DNA of 64,000 nucleotides from the NCBI RefSeq assembly GCF_009914755.1, contig NC_060933.1; one strand, written 5' to 3'. The notes beneath the pieces were generated by a model that worked only from the letters and a program-made list of their open reading frames with translations, was not told the DNA's origin and ran no database searches. A program made the position numbers and the translations under genes. This DNA comes from the human T2T-CHM13v2.0 reference genome, Homo sapiens. Below, one piece after another: positions 58,545 to 64,000 of the stretch (positions within the stretch are counted from its first letter, which is position 1; the number at the start of each line of letters is the position of its first letter).

Positions 58545-61500
58545 TTGCTTTTTTTTTTAACTTTCATTTTAGGTTCCAGGGCACATGTGCAGGTTTGTTA
58601 TACAGGAAAACTGTGTGTCATGAGGGTTGGTACACAGATTATTTCATCACCCAGGTAATAATTATACTAGCTGATAGGTAGTTTTTTGACCTTCTCCCTC
58701 CTCATACCCTCCACCCTCAAGTAGGCTCTGATCTCCCTTGTGCCCTTCTTTGTTTTCATGTGTTCCTGTTGCTTAGTTCTCACTTATAAGTGAGAATATG
58801 CGGTATATGTTTTTTTGTTCCTGCATTAGTTTGTTTAGGATAATGGCCTCCAGCTCCATCCATTTTACTGCGAAAAACATGATCTTGTTCTATTTACGGC
58901 TGCATAGTATATGGTGGTGGATATGCATTACATTTTCTTTATCCAGTCTACCATTCACGTGCATTTAGGTTGATTCCATGTTTTTGCTATTGTGAATGGT
59001 GCTGCAATAAACATACATGTGCATGTATCTTTATGGTAGAATTATGTACCCAATAATGGAATTGCTAGGTTGAATGCTAACTCTGTTTTAAGTTCTTTGG
59101 GGAATCACCGTTCTGCTTTCCACAATGGCTGAACTAATTTACATTCCTACCAGCAGTGTATAAGCATTTCCTTTTCTCCACAACCACTCCAGCAACTGTT
59201 ATTTTCTGACTTTTTAATACTAGCCATTCTTGGTGGTGTGAGATGGTTTCTCGCCGTGGTTTTGATTTGCATTTATCTAACAATTAGTGATGTTGAACAT
59301 TTTTTCACATGCTTTTTGGCCCTGTGTATGTCTTCTTTTGAGAAGTGCCTGCTGATGTCCTTTGCCCCCTTTTTTGGGGTCGTCTGTTTTTTGCTTGTTG
59401 ACTTGCTGACATTCCTTAGAGGTTTTGGATATCAGACCTCTTTTGGATGCATAGTTTGCAAACATTTTCTCCCATTCTCTATGTCATTTACTCTGTTGAT
59501 AGTTTCCTTTGCTGTGCAGAAGCTCTTTAGTTAGGTCCCATTTGTTAATTTTTTGGGGTTTTTTGCAATTGCTTTTGGCATCTTTGTCATGAAATTTTTG
59601 CCAGGTTCTCTGTCCAGAATGATACATCCAAGATTATCTTCCTGGTTGTTTATAGTTTTAGGTTTGTTAAAATTTTTAATCCATCTTGAGTTTTTGTATA
59701 TGGTGTAAGGAGGGGGTCTAGTTTCAATCTCCTGCATATGAGTAGCCAGTTATCCTTACAACACTTATTGAGGAGAGTCCTTTCCCCATTGTTTTTGTTG
59801 AATTTGTCAAAAATCAAATGATTGTAGGTGTGCAGCATTATTTCTGCCCTCTCTGTTTTGTTCCATTAGTCTATGTCTCTGTTTTTGTACCAGTACCACG
59901 CTGTTTTGGTTATTATGGCCTTCCAGTAGACTGTAAAGTTGGATAACACGATGCCTCCAACTTTCTTTGCTAAGGATTGCCTTGGCTATTTGGGCTCTTT
60001 TAGATTCTATATGAATTTTAAAATAATTATTTTTCTAAATCTGTGCAGAATGTCATTGGTAGGTATTCTTGAGTTTCAATTTCCTGATTTTATTATTTTT
60101 ATTTCAATAGTTTTTTGGGGGGTACATGTGGTTTAAGTTACATGGATGAGTTCTTTAATGGTGAATTCTGAGATTTCAGCGCACCCACTTCCTGAGCAGT
60201 GCACACTGTACCCAGTTTGTAGTCTTTTATCCCATACCTCCCTGCTAACCTCCCCCAGCCGGAGTCCCCAAGTCCATTATATTGCTCTGTATATCTTTGT
60301 GTCCTCATACCTTAGCTCACTCACTTGTAAGTGAGAATATATGGTATTTGGTTTTCCACACCTGAATTACTTCAGTTAGAATAATAGTGTACAGCTCCAT
60401 CCAAGTTGCTGAACAGACATTATTTTATTCCTTTTTATGGCTAAGTAGTATTACATGGTTTGTATGTGCCACATTTTTTATCCATTTATTGGTTGATGGG
60501 CACTTAGTTTGGCTCCATATCTTTGCAATTGCAAATTGTGCTGCTATAAACATGTGTGTGCATGTGTCTTTTTCATATAATTTCTTTTCCTCTAGGTAGA
60601 TATAGTGGGATTGCTGGAATTAATGGTAGATCTACTTTTAGTTCTTTAAGGAGTCTCCATACTGTTTTTCCTAGTGGTTTTACTAGTTTATATTCCCACT
60701 GGCAGTATAAAAGTGGTCCATTTTCACCACATCCATGTCAACATCTATTGCTTTTTTGGCTTTTTAATTATGACCATTCTTTCAGAAGATGGTATCTCAT
60801 TGTGGTTTTAATTTGCATTTCCCTGATTAGTGATGTTGAGCATCTTTTCATATATTTGTTGTCTGTTTGTATATCTTCTTCTGAGAAATGTCTATTCATG
60901 TCCTTTGCCCACTTTTTGATGTAATTGTCTATTTACTTCTTGCTGATTTGTTTGAGTTCCTTGTAGATTCTGGATACCAGTCCTTTGTCAGATGCATAAT
61001 TTGTGAGTATTTTCTCCCATTCTGTGGGTTGTCTTGTTACTCTGCTGATTATTTCTAAGGCCTCAAAAGCAAATGCAACAAAAACAAAAAAAAATGTCAT
61101 TGGTAGTTTGAGAGGTAGAGCATTGAATCTGTAAATTGCTTTGAGCAGTATGGTCACTTTAACCATATTGATTCTTCCTATTTATGAGCATGGAATGTTT
61201 TTCCATTTGTTTGTGTCATCGCTGATTTCTTTGAGCAGAGATGTTTTGTAATTCTCATTGCAGAGGTCCTTTGCCTCCCTGGTTAACTGTACTCCTACGT
61301 ATTTTACTCTTTTAATGGCTATTTCATTTCTGATTTGGCTCTTGGCTTGGATATGCTTGGTGTATAGGAATGCTGCTCATTTTTGTACATTTATTTTGTA
61401 TTCTGAAACTTTGCCGAAGTTGTTTGTTAGAAGAAGGGATTTTGGGACAGAGATTATTTCTAGATATAGAATCATATTATCTGCAAAAAGGGATAGTTTA

Positions 61501-62005
61501 ATTTCCTCTCTTCTTGTTTGGATGCCTATTATTTATTTATCTTGCCTGATCACTCTGGCCAGGATTTCTAGTACTATGTTGAAATGGAGTGGTGAGAGAG
61601 AACATCCTTGTCTTGTTCTGGTTATCAAGGAGAATACTTCTAGCTTTTGCCTGTTCAATTGTGATGTTGACTGTGGGTTTGTCATAGATGGCTCTTATTA
61701 TTTTGAAGCATTTTCCTTCAGTGCCTAGTTTGTTGAGAGTTTTTAAAATGAAGGATGTTGAATTTTATTGAAAGCCTTTTATGCATCTATTGAAATAATT
61801 ACTTTTTTTTCTTTAGTTCTGTTTATGTAATGAATCACATTTAGTGATTTGCATATGTTGAACTAACTTTGCATCCCAGGAATAAAGCCTACTTGATTGT
61901 AGTGGTACCTTTGTGATATGCTGCTGGAGTTGGTTTGCCAGTATTTTGTTGAGGATTTTTGCATATATGTTTATTAAGGTTATTGGCATAAAGATTTTTT
62001 TGTTG
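58545..62005 (-). mobile_element. L1PA15-like element (3'UTR plus ORF2), hosting a nested L1PB
   Basis: 3' end 'ttttaactttcattttaggttccagggcacatgtgcaggtttgttatacagg...ctgataggtagttttttg'; antisense ORF2 continues after 61106. Confidence 0.85.
60063..61092 (-). mobile_element. Nested L1PB2-like insertion with a short inverted segment
   Basis: 14-bp TSD aatgtcattggtag at 60049-60062 and 61093-61106; L1PB 3'UTR from 60088; inverted piece 61057-61092. Confidence 0.85.
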
Positions 62006-62024
62006 TCTTATTGTTTTAATAATG

Positions 62025-62260
62025 TAAGTGGTTGGTTAAGAATAAGGACTTTGGACTCACATGAACCTACAGTTGATTCCTAGCTCTGCCATAAATTCTT
62101 TGTGTATTTTCTGTAATGTGCTAAGATTACCTAGACCTTACTTTTCTCTTCTATAAAATGGAGATGATAATGTAATATTCTAGGGTCACTTGGAAAATTA
62201 AATGTCTTATTCAAAGCACTGAATATTGTATCTGGCACATAGTAAATACTCAATACCTGT
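62025..62260 (+). mobile_element. MIR
   Basis: 'gtggttggttaagaataaggactttggactca...ttcctagctctgcca...ctataaaatggagatgataat...tctggcacatagtaaatactcaata'. Confidence 0.75.
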
Positions 62261-63369
62261 TTAAATGCATATGTATTATATGTAAATCCTTATTCTTTCA
62301 GGATATACAGTACCTAGAACTTGCCAAGTGGCTTTAGCTTCTTTGGTTGATGTTATCCAAAGTGCAATGCTATTTAGGTAAGGTGAATGAGAAAGGCTTT
62401 TATCATCACCTGTGCACATGGGCCATTTCATTACTCTTCAGGCCTGAAGCCACAGTTCCACTGGGCTATTGCCTCAGTCATCTCTTTTATTTCTCCTCTT
62501 TGTTTACTCATATAAGAAAATGAGTTCTTTTGAATCATTTTAGAAAAAAATCAGAGTTTTTGAGATTTCTTTCTCATAATATAAAGAGGTTTTATGATAA
62601 AGAAGGCAAAATGGGACAATTGTCTTTCACTGTTAATTTTAATCACAGGGTTAAATATGTTAAGTGGCTGAGTAATGAATAATTAGGTCTTCATCCAGTG
62701 TATCTCTTAATTATTAAAAAAAAAAACAAAGAAAATCACAAACTGTCCAAAAACAAATCTAACAAATTGTTCTTTAATCATTTATGAAACATGTTAATTT
62801 GAAAGACATCAGCTTCAATTGATATGGTAGTTTATAAAATCCAAAGCAGTAACATCTCAACACCAGGGCCAAGACAAGGATTACAGCACTTCAAAAAATA
62901 ATAATAATAATAATACTTTCCTGAGGTGTAAATATATATTTTTTTCTGTCAATAGAAAAAAGCTGAGTAGAATTCTGTGCCTTGCTATTCACATTGATTT
63001 TGTACCAAAGGTTTGATAGATTATGCATAGCACCTAGAAAGCAGGAAAGCAGAATGCCCTACGTAGAGCAAATTCTTCATCACTGGGTGCATCCCTGTGG
63101 AGATATTGACTGAAAGGAAAACTGCAGTCAGATCAGCACAGCAGGAATACCATGTCATGCTCTGAACACTCCTTGACGGTGTTTCTTCATCTTTTATTTT
63201 CAATCAACTATACTGTGGCCTTTCTTCTATTTTTATAGAAACATATACCTTTCAAATTTATATGTACATGTTATATAACAGTCTTAAAAGGACAGTACAT
63301 TTTTAGAATTTAAAACAATAACAAAATATACAAATTTACACAATGTAGAAGAGTATATAATTTAAATAT

Positions 63370-63805
63370 TCTTAAGGATTTAAGATTCTTAAATAATCCT
63401 AAGGATTTTTAAAGTTGGCATTTCTGGATAAAAATATATTTGATACTTAAATCTTTGATATTTAAATTATTTAATATCCTAAGAGTTTTCAAAGTTGGCA
63501 TTTCTGCATAAAGATATATATATAGCAAATATATATCTTTATGGAGAAATGGCAGATTTTAAAAAATCCTTAAAGTTGCCATTTCTGCATAAATATATAT
63601 ATATAAATCAAATAGATATATAAACCAAATATGTATCTTTATGCAGAAATGGCAACTTTAAAAATCCTTAAGATTTTAAATTCAGTATGAAGTTAAAATT
63701 CATCACACTGAATTTAAAATCTAAAATTCACTGATATTTGATTTAAATATCAAATATATATCTTTATCTGGAAATAGCAACTTTAAAAATCCTTAAGATA
63801 TTAAA
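63370..63805. repeat. AT-rich multi-arm inverted-repeat array (about 45-bp unit, six copies in mixed orientation)
   Basis: Unit aaggatttttaaagttgccatttctgcataaagatatat: forward at about 63399, 63478 and 63570; reverse at about 63528, 63627 and 63748. Confidence 0.9.
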
Positions 63806-64000
63806 TGCTTCATGTAAACATAAATGTTTTTATAAATTTTGTATCATACTATAGATACTGTGTTTGTGTTTTGTACTCTGCTTTTAATCTCTTAATGCTT
63901 TTTCCCTTGGCATTATATTTTTCGTATTTCCCCTTATTTTTCAGACATATAATGTAAATGAGCAGCTACATAGCATTTCACTGTATGAATCACTCTAATA

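Noticed and set aside
63021-63203. 60-aa minus-strand ORF in unique sequence with acceptor-like motifs
   Set aside because: No recognisable protein match and no convincing acceptor-donor pair.

Overview
AT-rich, repeat-dominated primate genomic DNA; AluY, L1PA3-like and LTR12C copies point to human or another ape. No intact protein-coding gene is visible. The supplied ORFs are L1 ORF2 remnants, Alu/LTR pseudo-ORFs, pseudogene fragments or chance ORFs. Main content: (1) nested LINE-1 copies of many ages (L1M, L1MA, L1MC, L1PB, L1PA16 to L1PA3), 14 Alus, solo LTRs (MST, LTR33, MLT2A2, LTR12C, MLT1, an LTR1-like ERV1 LTR, THE1D), MIRs and MER20; (2) a disabled processed pseudogene of CCSER2 (about 51.36-55.0 kb, +) that appears to be copied from the long exon-skipped isoform; (3) a probable 3'UTR-only retrocopy of an unidentified mRNA (about 32.9-36.35 kb, -); (4) isolated, well-formed splice-site pairs that may belong to lncRNAs; (5) several retrotransposition and recombination scars (two twin-priming inversions, two 3' transductions, a tandem duplication between L1 tails) and a multi-arm AT-rich palindrome at about 63.4-63.8 kb. 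I found no convincing new biological system. The best leads are the possible minus-strand spliced transcript with co-oriented LTR promoters, the two retrocopies and the palindrome. Family, subfamily and CCSER2 calls rest on recalled consensus sequences, not a search. Boundaries of old repeats are approximate.
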